A stretch of DNA of 61,861 nt, counting the filler, from Squatina squatina (lineage: Eukaryota), in assembly GCA_031763465.1 (NCBI GenBank). It is 3 parts of 3 records of this genome, joined end to end, with 100 filler letters (N's around TTAATTAATTAA, not from the genome) between each part and the next. Parts side by side here need not be neighbours in the genome. Positions count along the whole stretch, not along the records: positions 1 to 29,595 come from JARFOE010000080.1; 2 more parts are not named here. One strand, written 5' to 3'. The position numbers and the translations under genes are program-made. Below the pieces are notes generated by a model, which had not been told where the DNA came from, ran no database searches, and was given only the letters and a program-made list of their open reading frames with translations. Every line of letters begins with the position of its first letter. The first letter of the stretch is position 1. Of the stretch, positions 11,073 to 23,967 are shown in pieces.

Positions 11073-14000
11073 TATTTAAAATAAATAAGTTAATGTCTCT
11101 ATTAAATTTGCACATAGATGAATGTCACACCAGTGTGTTAAGTGTTTATATGCTAATATTTTCAAATGGAAATTTCTACAGCTTTTCATAGATACTTTAT
11201 GCTATATTAAAGTCTGCAGCTGGTAATGTAACTGTTACACCCATTGCAATTTCATCTGACCCAGTTTTGCCCTATAGCATGCAGTAGTAATGTGATGTTC
11301 AGAATTGGAAAAAAATAAGGTGCAGAACCTTGAACCTTGAGAAGGGTATAAAGCTTGTGAAAGAGGACAGTTGTCAAGAGGAACACTAGGCTAATGGCTC
11401 AAAGTTGGGAGATAAAAAAAAACAAAGACCAGATGGGTACATAAAAAATGTAACAAGCAATCGGCCTTGAGAATGATGTAAAGCTCCAGGAAGCAGGGAG
11501 GGTACCGGATAAGAAAATAAANNNNNNNNNNNNNNNNNNNNNNNNNNNNNNNNNNNNNNNNNNNNNNNNNNNNNNNNNNNNNNNNNNNNNNNNNNNNNNN
11601 NNNNNNNNNNNNNNNNNNNNNTGCCAGCACTGTTTCTGTCGGAGTGGAATAAGAATTATTTTTAAAAGGTTGCCTATGAATAAACATATTTTATCAAGTT
11701 CTTCTGTAAACACAAAAGAGACCTTAAGAACAGTGAGCAAGGGGTTCAGAAATTAATAATATTCTTGATCTATTACGTACAATTTAGTATAGTTAATTTG
11801 TGAAAAAAATCACAGTATTGTTTGTGATGTTTAGTAAATCTTTGTAGAATACTATATTTTTAAATTTCTGTTCAGTCATTGCTGCCGTTTTCAGCTTTTC
11901 ATTCTGTGTATAACACAGTGTGATTTCTCTATAATTTGTACAGTTAATACACATTTCTAATATGCTAAATGCAGTCATGTATACTAATAAAAACTGCTGG
12001 GACCAATACTGTACATGCTTAAGAAAATAATGATAAATTAATGAAACTCATACAAATTACGTAATCTATTTNNNNNNNNNNATTAAATAAGACAAAGAGG
12101 TTTCATATATTGACAGAGAACTGAAGTCAGTTAACTGGAGCAATTCCAATTCTAACAGATGACAAACAAAACTGACAACAATTGAATTTTAATACTTCTG
12201 CTTCATGCTTGATACCAAATTTGTAAAAATTTGTCAATTAAAAAAATCAATTTGAAACCTGGAAAACAAAACCAGCAGTCGGTACATCTCACTGTCTACA
12301 AAGAGATACTCCCAAAGTAATCATTAAGGAGGATGAGTGTTTGTTCTCTAAGTAGCATATGGGGCTGAGAGATTTCAAGCATACAGCGTTTCAGTGATCC
12401 CTCATATTTACGTGAATAATAATGGTTTGCTTTACTCAGTGGTGTCACTTCAAGTTGGAAAAAATTGATTTTTTCCAATACCGTTTTCCTTTGGCTCTAA
12501 ACTCATGAAATATTCCTGAGGCATCCAAACTACTGCCTGCAGAACAGGTGTGGCACAGAATCCCCTCCTATCCAGCCCATAAATTCCTGTGGTATCAACC
12601 TCCATGCAGTCTATTGCCACTGACTCACATGGGTAAGTTTTAGGATCTATCCACTAAATGAGGAAACAGCATGAAGGACATGTTTTTCCAAAGCAGTAGG
12701 CCCACCAAATTCAAACACATGAACCCACTGGTGTAAGAAATAAAGCTGGAATTAAAATGGAATAGATAGAATGAGACACTTCTTTGAAAGCTTCAAAGAC
12801 GACAAGAACAGAAGGAAGGAGGATCTGGGAACACAAACCAAGGCAAATTCTCACTTTTTAAAAATTTAAACTGAAGAACCCAAGGAGGAAGGGGCTGGTG
12901 TAAAAACAGAGAAGCACAGAGAATGCGGGCAAGTAAAGTCCAAATGGCAGATGAGGTGAAGTTACAATGAGGCCAATACTGAAGTGCTACTTCATTTATC
13001 ATCACTGTGATGTGGTTCTTCAGAGCACAAATGCAGGAAACACTGAAAAAAGGCTGGAAACTGCTGAGTTTGGAGGTGAACTGTCAGAAATTAGAGCCCA
13101 GCTGGATCTGGAGCGAATGGCAGCCCTTCTGCCCAGTGCTGGGTCCTTGAATGTCAGCCATAGGTGACAGAACAGCCAGCATGTTAGGAAAAGCAAAGTG
13201 TTCCACAAAATGAAAATCGAAGCCAGCACAACACAATGACTGAAGAGTAAGTATCCTACAATTTGCCAAGTCAAGTGGGTAATACAAAAAATAGTAAGAA
13301 TTTTATGGTGGATCTTGTTTTCTTCTGTTTTGTCTTTCCATTTTAAGAAGCTGTTGTTTCAGTAACTTTTTAGTTGAAAATTAAGCAGTAAGATTTTGTA
13401 TTAAATTGTTGAAGAAATTTGCATTTTAATGAAGGTAGATACTGACCTATTTGTAGGTCAAGGATTTGGATCTGAGGATTACACTATATCAGCAGTGAAG
13501 CACAGCCTGGTAACTGGAGTGGATCAGACATCCGAGCCCATGAACAGTGCTGTGCATTTCATTTTACATTTAGTTGGATTGTTTAATGTGCTTTTTGATT
13601 TAACAAAAGTCATCTTTTCATTTGGATTCTGGCATCAAATCATTTACATGTGACATTGCTATTGGCTATATATGGTTCTTACGGCTCTCTGGTGCACAAC
13701 CAAGCAACTCACTAAAATCTAAGGTTTGGAGACTCCTGGGATATTCAAATATAAAGAATATTTTGGTGTTCATAACTGTTTCGCTTTTCAGCAGGAATTT
13801 TTATTACTTTTTTGTATGCAAAAGGAAATTCAATAGAATAACTTTAGATATGCTGTTGCCATTGCCTCAAATACAGCTCTGTGCAAATCCAAAATATATC
13901 TGTGCTAGTTTGTAATCAATATGTTGTTTAATGGTACCTCTCCTCAAGGAGCCTTTTTAATAGCTAAATGTAACAATTAAAAGCGAGGTTGGAAAGAGAG

Positions 14001-14159
14001 AAATAAATCTGTCTGAGAAAGAGTTGAAATAAAACATTAGCCATCGAGGGCAGATTCAACAAGTGTGAAATCGGAGAGCAGAAATCAACACAAGACTCTT
14101 AATTACATTTTGAACCCTCCAATAATGGCTTAAAAGCCAACATTAGAATATAATCAGCA

Positions 14160-14357
14160 CTTGCGTTTATATAAAGTATAAAGAGGAATTATGTTTATAG
14201 AATTTAGCACATCTCTCAGAAACACCTCAAAGTGTTTCACATGCAATGAGTTGTTTTTAAGTGTAGTGGCTGTTGTTATGTGTGCAAATGCAGCAGCCAT
14301 TTTGTGCATAGCGAGGTTCCACACAGAGTAATGAGATGAATGACCTGGTAATTGGAC
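14160..14357 (-). mobile_element. SacSINE1-like (Deu) SINE 3' part
   Basis: Reverse complement of the tail at 43790-43920 (CTTGCGTTTATATA..CTCAAAGTGTTTCACA..GCAGCCATTTTGTGCATAGC). Confidence 0.65.
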
Positions 14358-14457
14358 NNNNNNNNNNNNNNNNNNNNNNNNNNNNNNNNNNNNNNNNNNN
14401 NNNNNNNNNNNNNNNNNNNNNNNNNNNNNNNNNNNNNNNNNNNNNNNNNNNNNNNNN

Positions 14458-14625
14458 GTCAGTTCACTATGGGCCCTTTAACGCTAAAGTTTGCACGTGT
14501 TTGAATGCTCAAGTTGTAAAGTGGCTAATTGGGGGCATCACTGAACATTTTCTAAGCGTCTCACTTTCACCGCTAAATTCGGCGCTTAGCGTTAGAAACG
14601 CAAAAATAGCGAATTGGCCACCCCA
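14458..14625. mobile_element. Harbinger-type TIR element end
   Basis: CpG-rich; ends GCGAATTGGCCACCCC. Confidence 0.4.
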
Positions 14626-15622
14626 AATTTACTGTAGAAGAAGTTTGCATGGAAAGAGAAGCTACTGTCGGGGCTTGGGCATGTATTGCTTCCTCTTTGA
14701 CACGTAAGTCTTATGGGGTTGTGATCTGTTATATAAAATGGGGGCTAGTGTCAAATATCGTGTGCTTGTGCCAGGCGTTGCTTGTTAGGTAATATGTGTT
14801 GTCAATTGTATGGAAAGATGTTGTTATAATTTCGGAAGTTCTGACATGACCTTCAAATTAGCAGAGCTCAATCTGTTTATTGATTGGAAATAATGTATTA
14901 CATGGTACATGGCAAATACATGAGTGGAATTTGAACTTTATATCAATATCATCTGACACTTCTGATTACAACCTCTGTCAAGCTCTTTAAACTGAGGAGA
15001 TCAGTGACCTTCAGTACTGTCAGTGTCCTTTCTTTCAGGTCTCAGAATTCACCTACAGATGTCCCTTCAGCTTAATAGTTGGACATAATTATCCCCCTTG
15101 TGGCCTTCTTCACCTCATTGAATCTTTTCCTGACCTTTCGCAAGAAGTCTTCTTATCACTGGAGATTGTGTTCAACTCCTGAGCAACTTCCTCCCAGCTC
15201 TGCNNNNNNNNNNNNNNNNNNNNNNNNNNNNNNNNNNNNNNNNNNNNNNNNNNNNNNNNNNNNNNNNNNNNNNNNNNNNNNNNNNNNNNNNNNNNNNNNN
15301 NNNGATCCCTTCAAGTAGTGCTGGTGGGGGGTCCTCCCTGCTGCTGAACATATGTTCAGCTGGTCATGATTTCGAGAGGGCATTAAAAGGAGCAGCGACA
15401 TCCAAAATATCATGCTTCAAATCAGCATTGCACAATCATTGACATTATGATCTGCCTCATTTCTATTTCTGCAATGAACATGGGCAATGGCAGCACTGCA
15501 GACCTGCTCAAAATGGTGACCACTGCGGGACCTGTTGGAAGCAGACGCTAGTGAGGCAGCTGTCATTTTTTTTCTTCTAAACTGGTCTTAACGGCTGCCC
15601 AATCAGGTCCAATTTCCCACCA

Positions 15623-15935
15623 CAGAATCTTACAGCACAGAAAAAGGCCATTTAGCCCATCATGGCTATGCTAGCTCTTTGAAGAAGCCACCCAATTAGT
15701 CCCATTTCCTTGCACTCTCCCTTAAGCCTGGCAATGTTTTTCCTTTTTGTGTATATATATATCCATTCAAACTCCTCTTGATTTTGAACACCTCAATTAA
15801 ATCTCCCTTTAACCTTCTCTGGTCTAAAGAGAACAATCCCAGCTTCCCTAGTTTCTCCACATAACTGAAGTCCCCCATTTCTGGTAAATCTCCTCTGCAC
15901 CCTCTCCAAGGCCTCGATGTCCTCTCTAAAGTGTG
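15623..15935 (-). mobile_element. CR1 LINE 3' end
   Basis: ORF GDFSYVEKLGKLGLFSLDQRRLKGDLIEVFKI followed by a CR1 tail. Confidence 0.9.
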
Positions 15936-16569
15936 ACATTGAAGTCAATTAAAATTGGAAGTGGTGTACAATGGGTGTCTGAATCGATATTGTTTGTTTT
16001 ACATTGAGACAGATTCAAAGTTACCCTCAAAAGTTGTTTTCTCCAGAACATCAGCATAAAATCTATTTTATTTTTATGGGTCAATTTTTAACTGCAAAAT
16101 TAATTTACATTTTGGAAATGCAATGCTATTTTAGGCAAGAATCCTAACATTCCATGTTTTTTATCTCGTTGACACGTGGTCTGCCTGGGTCACTGATCCC
16201 AAATTATTAGGCAATCATCACAGAGGCTCCACAATACCTTAAGGCTCAGGAGAGCTCTGCAAGGAGACACACATATTCAATGAGGCTGCGAGCTGCTTGT
16301 ATACAAAGTTCAGGGTATGATTGCGTGAATTTCATTACAAGTTGCAATTCACACTCCCCTAACACAACTCCTTTTTGTGGCAGCAGCCGTTTTCTTAAGG
16401 ATAATGCTGCATTTCCTAAGCCTAGCTTTATTCCCTTCTGCAATTTCTGGGCCCAGAACCTCACTCAGCACCATGCTACTGCAGTCCGATACCAATAAAT
16501 CTAATTATCCACATTTTTAAATGTTTTTCTTGACCCTGTTCATTTTGACTGTGCAATAATGTAAAACGA

Positions 16570-16659
16570 AAAGAAAGCGAAGAAAGGTCTTGCATTTATG
16601 TAGAACTTTTCACAACCTCAGAACGTCCTAAAGTGCGTTACAATCAATGAAGTACTTTT
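16570..16659 (-). mobile_element. SacSINE1-like SINE 3' tail
   Basis: CTTGCATTTATGTAGAACTTTTCACAACCTCAGAACGTCCTAAAGTGCGTTACA, the reverse complement of the tail at 43860-43910. Confidence 0.75.
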
Positions 16660-16760
16660 NNNNNNNNNNNNNNNNNNNNNNNNNNNNNNNNNNNNNNNNN
16701 NNNNNNNNNNNNNNNNNNNNNNNNNNNNNNNNNNNNNNNNNNNNNNNNNNNNNNNNNNNA

Positions 16761-17110
16761 GCTGCCACTGCTTCCAATATGAAATCAAAATCCGCACAAC
16801 TCTATCCAACAAACTCTTCAGACTCCAGATTGAACAAAGCAGTGATTTGCTACTAGCAAACATCCCCTTTAAGGGCTGAGGTGGGCTTGCAACTGATTGA
16901 TTCTGATTAGCTAGTTCATGGAATTGGTCCCATCAAACCTCTTGCACCCACTCTATGCTGCACCTGCAGCTGCTTACACTGATTTTGAACTGGATTTCGA
17001 CCCCGCCTGAAATTTTTTTTTAAAGAGACCAATATCCCGACCTAATTCACCAGCACAAATATAACTAATTTTCAGCTGCTTAAGTTCGGACGCTTAACCC
17101 AATTGGGGCC
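16761..17110. mobile_element. Harbinger-type element end
   Basis: Similar to 4459-4742; ends CCCAATTGGGGCC. Confidence 0.45.
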
Positions 17111-18005
17111 GCAACATGTTTAAATGATCAGAAAGTGCTGATTAATAAGTCAAATGGAGCTTCTAGTTTACCAGCAATCTATTTAGCAGTGTGTCAAATC
17201 CCTCAATAAACACTGTGGCAGCAAAATCTGCTCACTGCCTAAAGTGTCATTTTTTTTATAACTGTCCACTTCAGTAGCCCACAATATCTTAAAGTGTGAT
17301 AACTTAAAAAGCATAATGTTACACAGCTTTACACAAGTCTTTTTTTAGAATACAGTACCGGTCCCATTTATACGTCTAGATTTAACCTATAAATTATTTG
17401 CTAAATATAAGTAGAACAATGCTTTAAACATGAAAATTTGACTTTTACAGGTTTGACTGCGATTTTCTTTTCTTGATGGCTTGCCTCTTCACAATTGCTT
17501 GTAAAACTGCTCAGGAGATAAAAGTATTAATCACGCACCATGACTTCACAACAATTCATTGCTGAACAGATGAAGTAAGTATAGGCAATTGAATAGTAAA
17601 AGACGCTTTTATAGCAAACTGGAAGACAGACAGAGACCGTCATCTGCTCTGATTGCAGTCAATGTCACTTATGCTCAAATATAGACAAGACACCTGGTTT
17701 CTTTCAAGATTTCTCTGGAGGCTCCCGTTTATGTTCAGTCCATTCAACCTACTGTCAATTTGCTGCTGATTCAAGTAACATTGAAACCTGTCTTCAGAAA
17801 CTTAGAAGTAATGTTGCTGTAAAATGCCACAGATTTGTGAGAATATGCCGATGCTACTGATTTTAATATCATGATTTTAGTCAAAATTCTGATAGTTAGT
17901 CAGATTTGAGGCAAGTTCAAATTTATGACCTTTTTCAGATGCATAAATGGATAAATAATATATGGTATAATTTATATTCCCTCTTTGGATAATTAAAAAG
18001 ACATT

Positions 18006-19188
18006 GGGGGTGAAATTGCCCCGTGCCCCAATTGAGGCTAGTAACCTTCTGGGGCTGGGACTTTTCGCGCCTGGCACAGAACTCCTGTCCCGACCGTGGA
18101 ATTGCCCTTACCGCCCCTGATTGGAAGTGGAGCGCAATCTCCCGCTCCACTTCCTTTGGGGGCTGTAACCGGGGCGCTACTGTGGCAGTGAGTGAAGCAC
18201 TGTGTGAATGACATGCTTCAACGCCCCTCCCCTTTGCTTAAAGGGGATGGCCCCTGCGCACTCTGCACGGCCTTTGATGGTCTCCACTGGGCCACCAGGG
18301 CAGCATGCAACCGGGCCGACAGCCCGGGACCCAAAATGGCGTGCCGGGCNNNNNNNNNNNNNNNNNNNNNNNNNNNNNNNNNNNNNNNNNNNNNNNNNNN
18401 NNNNNNNNNNNNNNNNNNNNNNNNNNNNNNNNNNNNNNNNNNNNNNNNNTCTCAATCCATGCCAGTATATTATCCCCAATTCCATGTGCTCTAACTTTGT
18501 TCACGAACCTCCTGTGCGGGACCTTATTGAAAGCCTTCTGAAAATCCAAATATACCACATCCCCCTTATCTAGTCGAGCGCTAACCATTTCTCTGAGGGC
18601 GCAAAAGTCCGAGAGTGGGGCCGTATCGGCAGAACGCTGAACAATGTGGAGTGCAATGCGAACAGCATCCGAGGTTGCTTGTCTTGCTTAAAACGAAGGG
18701 CCAATGATGGTGCACAACCTACTTGTCGGTAGTTCTGCGTTGCAATGCGGCCTGCGCAACTGCCATTACATCCCCAAAGACTTTCAGAGAGTGGAGGGCT
18801 TGGACATCGCGCAGCAACGAAACATCAAAAACTTTGAGCAGGCGCCAGACTGGTGCAAATAATAAAGGTTGGCCTACCTGAAAACCAATCCCTTTAATTA
18901 GCACTGCCCAGGCGGCCAGCCAAGTTGACAACACCTCCTCTTCCTGCTGTTGTTCACGCCCAGCGGTATAGCAGGGTGCGGGAAGCAATTTCACATCCGG
19001 AACGATAATGGGGCGCTGCGCACTTGATGACGGCATGAACTGCGAGGCGCTAGAGGCCCAGGTGGTGACCGACACTGATGTTTGCGGACGTCGCTGCATT
19101 CGCCGCTCCCGGTCACCAACCCCTTAGTGCCCCGTTAGCGCCATGCCCAGGCACTAACGGGAGGTGCTAAGCAGCTGAATTTCTCCCC
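18006..19188. mobile_element. GC/CpG-rich element with terminal inverted repeats (Harbinger-type), interrupted by a gap and a CR1 piece
   Basis: Left end GGGGGTGAAATTG and right end GAATTTCTCCCC (rc GGGGAGAAATTC). The two halves may come from different copies. Confidence 0.6.
18450..18573 (-). mobile_element. CR1 RT fragment
   Basis: DKGDVVYLDFQKAFNKVPHRRFVNKVRAHGIGDNILAWIE. Confidence 0.95.
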
Positions 19189-19924
19189 GTTAATATCATC
19201 ATTTCACTTATCGATATTGCAGTAATACCATTTGTGCAGTTATACCAAACACTTATGCTGCCCTAAAAATCAGAGGAGCAGTCCCTATTTCTGCTTGAAA
19301 TAATTTTATGACAACTTTAAGCTCATCCAGGACAGTAAATAATTAATATTGGATATCATATTCATTTTAATTGCTTCTACTCAGCCATGTGGAGGTAAGG
19401 GAGATTAATTCAACCTAAGTCATTAGCCAATGCTTCAATAAACACTTAAAGGAAAACTTCAACCTCTAAACAACTTATGTTTCATGCACAGAACCCCTCC
19501 ACTGTTTAATTCCTACTGCTGATTAATTTTAATTATTTCATCTTCACAGTAAATCTAAGTTTTGAAGTGCATGTTTGCCATTTACTGACAATATCCATTA
19601 GCTGGTAACTTGTATCCTGAGAATGACTTTCAGCTGACTATGATGTTGCAATGCTTTGAGCGTAGAAATCCGGATGTTCGGTCTTTCATAAATTGATTTT
19701 ATTTTGTTGTTGATAATAGTAAATAATGTTTGACTTTATAAAAAACATTTTACATTGGCACATCTCCGACCCCTTTGCACAATGATTTACTTCTGATGTG
19801 CAATATGTAGGCTGTAGGCTAGGCATTCAGCAACAGCAATGTGTCACAAAGGGCCTGGTAACACAGGGTTACTAAGCGTCTTTAAACATATAATAAATAT
19901 TATCTTGCTATGCTCAAATAGGAT

Positions 19925-20241
19925 GCAAGTTCAAATCCCAGCATGGCACTCAATTTCCATTTCAAAAATGTTTTTAAAAAATATATAAATAAAGCTGATA
20001 TCAGTAAAAGTGACCATGAAGCTGTTGGATTGTCGTAAAAACCCAACGGGTTCATTAATGTCCTTTAGCAAAGGAAACCTGCTGTCCTTTCCCAATCTGG
20101 CCTGCTTGTGACTCCAGTCCCATGTCCAGGACAAAGCAGTCCGCTTGATCGGCACCCCTTCCACGACCTTAAACATTCACTTCCTGCACCACCGGCGCAC
20201 TGTGGCTGCAGTGAGTACCATCTACAAGATGCACTGCAGCA
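19925..20241 (+). mobile_element. tRNA-headed SINE-like body fused to late ORF of a LINE
   Basis: B-box GTTCAAATCCC at about 19929, body to about 20122, then same-strand QDKAVRLIGTPSTTLNIHFLHHRRTVAAVSTIYKMHCS. Confidence 0.8.
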
Positions 20242-21073
20242 NNNNNNNNNNNNNNNNNNNNNNNNNNNNNNNNNNNNNNNNNNNNNNNNNNNNNNNNNNN
20301 NNNNNNNNNNNNNNNNNNNNNNNNNNNNNNNNNNNNNNNNNGCACTAACTTTTTTCACCCAGTTCCTGGTCCTACTTCCTATTATCTGCCCTATTGTAAA
20401 ATCTCAGTGCTGCCAGAGGTACTAGTGGACGTTGGCAGCTTGTACCCACTTCATTTGCATGTAATTTGCTTTCAGCTCACATCCACCTCTCGACTGGTGA
20501 CTGCAGCAGTACAGTCTTTGCCTATGGTCATAATAAGTACCCGATATTCTGGTCAGCTCATTGCCTGTGGCGGTTGATAACACTATCAGTTTCATTATTT
20601 CTATGCCAGTTCATACACCTCATGATTAATGAAAGTCTCTTGACATTGTGTTTGAAACCATGGATTAATAAAACGAATTACTCCTTGATGCAATCCTGCT
20701 TCGTACTGTCTCACAGATGGCAAAAGGATTGCATGAGCAGACTGCATTAATAATCAGTCTTTAAATTAAGTGAAACCGTGCTGCTCAAGACACTGGGAGT
20801 AATCTTCAACTTACTGGAGTGTAAAACTGTTTTTTGCAGTTCGGGTGCCCATTATTGTAATCAATGGATAGGAAAGCTTGACAGTTTCTAAAATGGGTGC
20901 CTGATCCCACAATGCCAGTGCTACGCTCAAGGGTTGAATTGAAAGTTACCCAACAGTCTCATATACTTACCTGNNNNNNNNNNNNNNNNNNNNNNNNNNN
21001 NNNNNNNNNNNNNNNNNNNNNNNNNNNNNNNNNNNNNNNNNNNNNNNNNNNNNNNNNNNNNNNNNNNNNNNNN

Positions 21074-21232
21074 TCCAGAATGCCCTGCAGCCACTGCACG
21101 ACATCCTTGATCCCAGCACCAGAGAGGCAACATACCATCCTGGAGTCACGTCTGTGGCCACAGAAACACCTATCTGTTCCCCTTACAATGGAATCACCCA
21201 TCACTATAGCTCTCCCACTCTTTTTCCATTGG
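21074..21232 (-). mobile_element. CR1 ORF1 fragment (SGNH esterase-like domain)
   Basis: GRAIVMGDSIVRGTDRCFCGHRRDSRMVCCLSGAGIKDV, the GDS motif of vertebrate CR1 ORF1. Confidence 0.9.
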
Positions 21233-22040
21233 ACTGTCAGGAAGATTGGTTGCATAACTAATGGAAAACTGAAGCAGCTGGACAGATAGGTCCATCCGAA
21301 TATTGTAAACATANNNNNNNNNNCAAGTCCTTTTTAACCTCTTCAGAAAATGTATTTTATACTTTCTAAGCCACTTAAACATTAACCAGAAGAAATGTAT
21401 CCTAAAACAGAACCAAATACATATCTTTATCTTTCCACAGATAAGAACAAAATCAGCGTGGGAGAGTTGCAATGGGCCACAAAGTATCAGGAATAGTAAG
21501 AAAGTGGAGAAAGAGTCAAGGAAAGATTGAGATGGTGAGATAGAGAGAATGATGTTCTGTGCAATCGGGTGAGTTGCTTTTGATTTTTGCCTCACCAAGC
21601 CTGGTGCTGGCAAGTGTAATTTTCCCACCCTGATTTATAGCCATTGGACCACCGGGGAGATGAAATAGACATAAACTCATTACTTCAGCAAGGAGATCTG
21701 ATGGATGCTCAGCTACTAGACTGCCAGCAAGATTGAATGGATGGTCATATAGCCCCTAGAAAAAGAGAAAAAAATTAAACTCAGCTTTCATTCTCTTCCA
21801 ACTGCTGACATGTGAAGCAAAATGTTGAGAAATAGTGACTGATTTGGCAGAGTTACCTCTTCTATACAGCTTCATATATATATGACTATGCAGAACAGAT
21901 ATGACTTGGCCAACATGCCATCATTCTACATGGTGAGACAAGTTCCTTTAAGTATCAAACATGGAGAACATTTTTGATGTTCACAAATTAGTCACAAATC
22001 CTCTTGTTGGAATCAATTTGGATTTTTAAAAGTGAACTTT

Positions 22041-22290
22041 GGCCCCGATTTTAACTCCCCCCACCTATGGGAAGTTGGGCAGACTGGGGCACTTAAAATG
22101 ATGGCAGAGATTTAACCCTTCTGATCCCCCTGCCTTCCCACTGTGTCCCGATGTTAACCTGCTCTTTTGAGCAGGCGAGCGGGACACCCGTAGGAAGGAA
22201 GCAGGGTCCAACTTTAAATATGGAGATCGGGTCCAAGGCATAAGTGGAGGAATTAGTCTGGGCTCCCCCTTCAGTCTAAATCTGGACTCC
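22041..22290. mobile_element. Harbinger-type TIR element start, old
   Basis: Begins GGCCCCGATTTTAACTCCCC; GC-rich relative to flanks. Confidence 0.4.
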
Positions 22291-22753
22291 ATTGATGCTG
22301 AAGAAACGCCTCACATTTCAACTGTAGCACACAATAAGCTTCACTATTTCTGAATACATAACTCTAGTAGTATCCTTCTGCCTGCAGTGGAGCTGCCAGA
22401 ACACCTTCATTGAGGTTGGGGAACATTTGGCATTGATCTAGCCCCACTATCTCATGCATGTATAACAAGCCAGACCGTGTAGCTTTGCCAGGACTCCTGG
22501 TCAGTTATTGAGTTTCTGGTGGTCTGGCTTCTGTGGTTAGAGATTAGTTGAGTTCTCTATTCTTTGTCAAACCCCATCGACGTGACCCAGTAACTTTAGC
22601 TACAGAGTGTAGGCCTATGGAAAGGAGAAAGGAGTCCCACTGTACATTACTATTCAAAGTGAAATAATCAAAATAATTAAAGTCAATTTTATTTTTTGTT
22701 CTCCAATTCTGTTAAATATTTGATTATTTTTGATTTGAACTGTAGGTATTGTA

Positions 22754-23062
22754 GGGAGCTGGGTGGCAAAGTGGGTTAGACACTGACCTTTTGCCACTGA
22801 ACCTGGCTTCAAATCCAACCCAGACTGCAGCGATAAAACGTCTCCCCTGTCCATGTAAATGTCCTATGTGAAATAATGACACTAATTAGAAATTTCACTC
22901 AAGAGGCCCCAGGATGATGTGTGTGGGAAATGGGAAGAACATCACATGGTGAAGTAGAGGGTGCTCGTCTGAAGTGCGATACTGAGGCATATTGTTGGGG
23001 CAGAGCAGAATGAGCTGTGCTCGAGCTGACCTGGGAATGGGAGGACTTGCTGCGGACACTGA
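22754..23062 (+). mobile_element. LF-SINE-like ancient SINE with tRNA head
   Basis: Head GGGTGGCAAAGTGGGTTAG..GGCTTCAAATCCAACCCAGAC, then CCTATGTGAAAT, CACTAATT, AGAGGCCCCAGGAT, GTAGAGGGTG and TGAGGCATATTG blocks. Confidence 0.6.
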
Positions 23063-23169
23063 GCCCCTGAAATAGGAAGAGTTCCATTCCCCAGCGTTAA
23101 TATCTCTTACCATGAGCATAAAAAAAATATAGAAATTAAAACTATGGGGAGGAATTGGATGCATTTGCA

Positions 23170-23443
23170 TCTCCTGTTAGTGTCCCCCCGAGGTGCCATT
23201 CAGGCGGAAATTACTTTGCGACTGGGCGTGATGCCACTAAAAACTCCCGCTAAATTCGGCGNNNNNNNNNNNNNNNNNNNNNNNNNNNNNNNNNNNNNNN
23301 NNNNNNNNNNNNNNNNNNNNNNNNNNNNNNNNNNNNNNNNNNNNNNNNNNNNNNNNNNNNNCATCCCACGATCTTGCGTGTTTGTCGCCCGCTATCGTCA
23401 CCCCACCCCACTCAGATGCTGTCTCCACGTTAATATCTGGGCC
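23170..23443. mobile_element. Harbinger-type GC-rich element pieces on both sides of a gap
   Basis: CpG-rich; right piece ends AATATCTGGGCC. Confidence 0.35.
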
Positions 23444-23967
23444 TCAATTATCCTTTAATGTGGTGTAAAGGGTGTTCTACATTACAAAGAAGTTCTCCTA
23501 GGCTTCTATTAAAATTCTAATCATGCTTCCTGTATTGAGCCAATTGTAATTGACAGTAATTTCTGGAATGAAATAGGATGTATCAAAATTGAGTTTAATT
23601 CCAGCTCTGGGCTAAAATTTATCTTTCTGAAGTACTGAGATATTCTGACTTTAAGAGGAAAAGAATAAAGATTTTAGTATTATTTCTGTACACATTTTAC
23701 TATTTATGATCCCTACAATTTCCATTGAATCTCCACATAATGAATTATTTGAAACCAGACCTTTGCTCACAGTTCTGAGCAGACTGCTGTTTCGTATCTG
23801 CAGAAACCTTACACAGTAATTTCAGATTATCAATCTTTTGCTTTTATCCATCCCTCTCCAAATGCCATTATTTATCACAAAACCCCATTCAGCCACGCCA
23901 TCCACTGATACGACAGAAAGCTATCAAAATTCATCCAACTGAGAGGATCCGATCCCATTGACAGGTA

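Noticed and set aside
13024-13163. Exon-like segment STNAGNTEKRLETAEFGGELSEIRAQLDLERM
   Set aside because: Weak splice signals and no recognised protein; indistinguishable from chance
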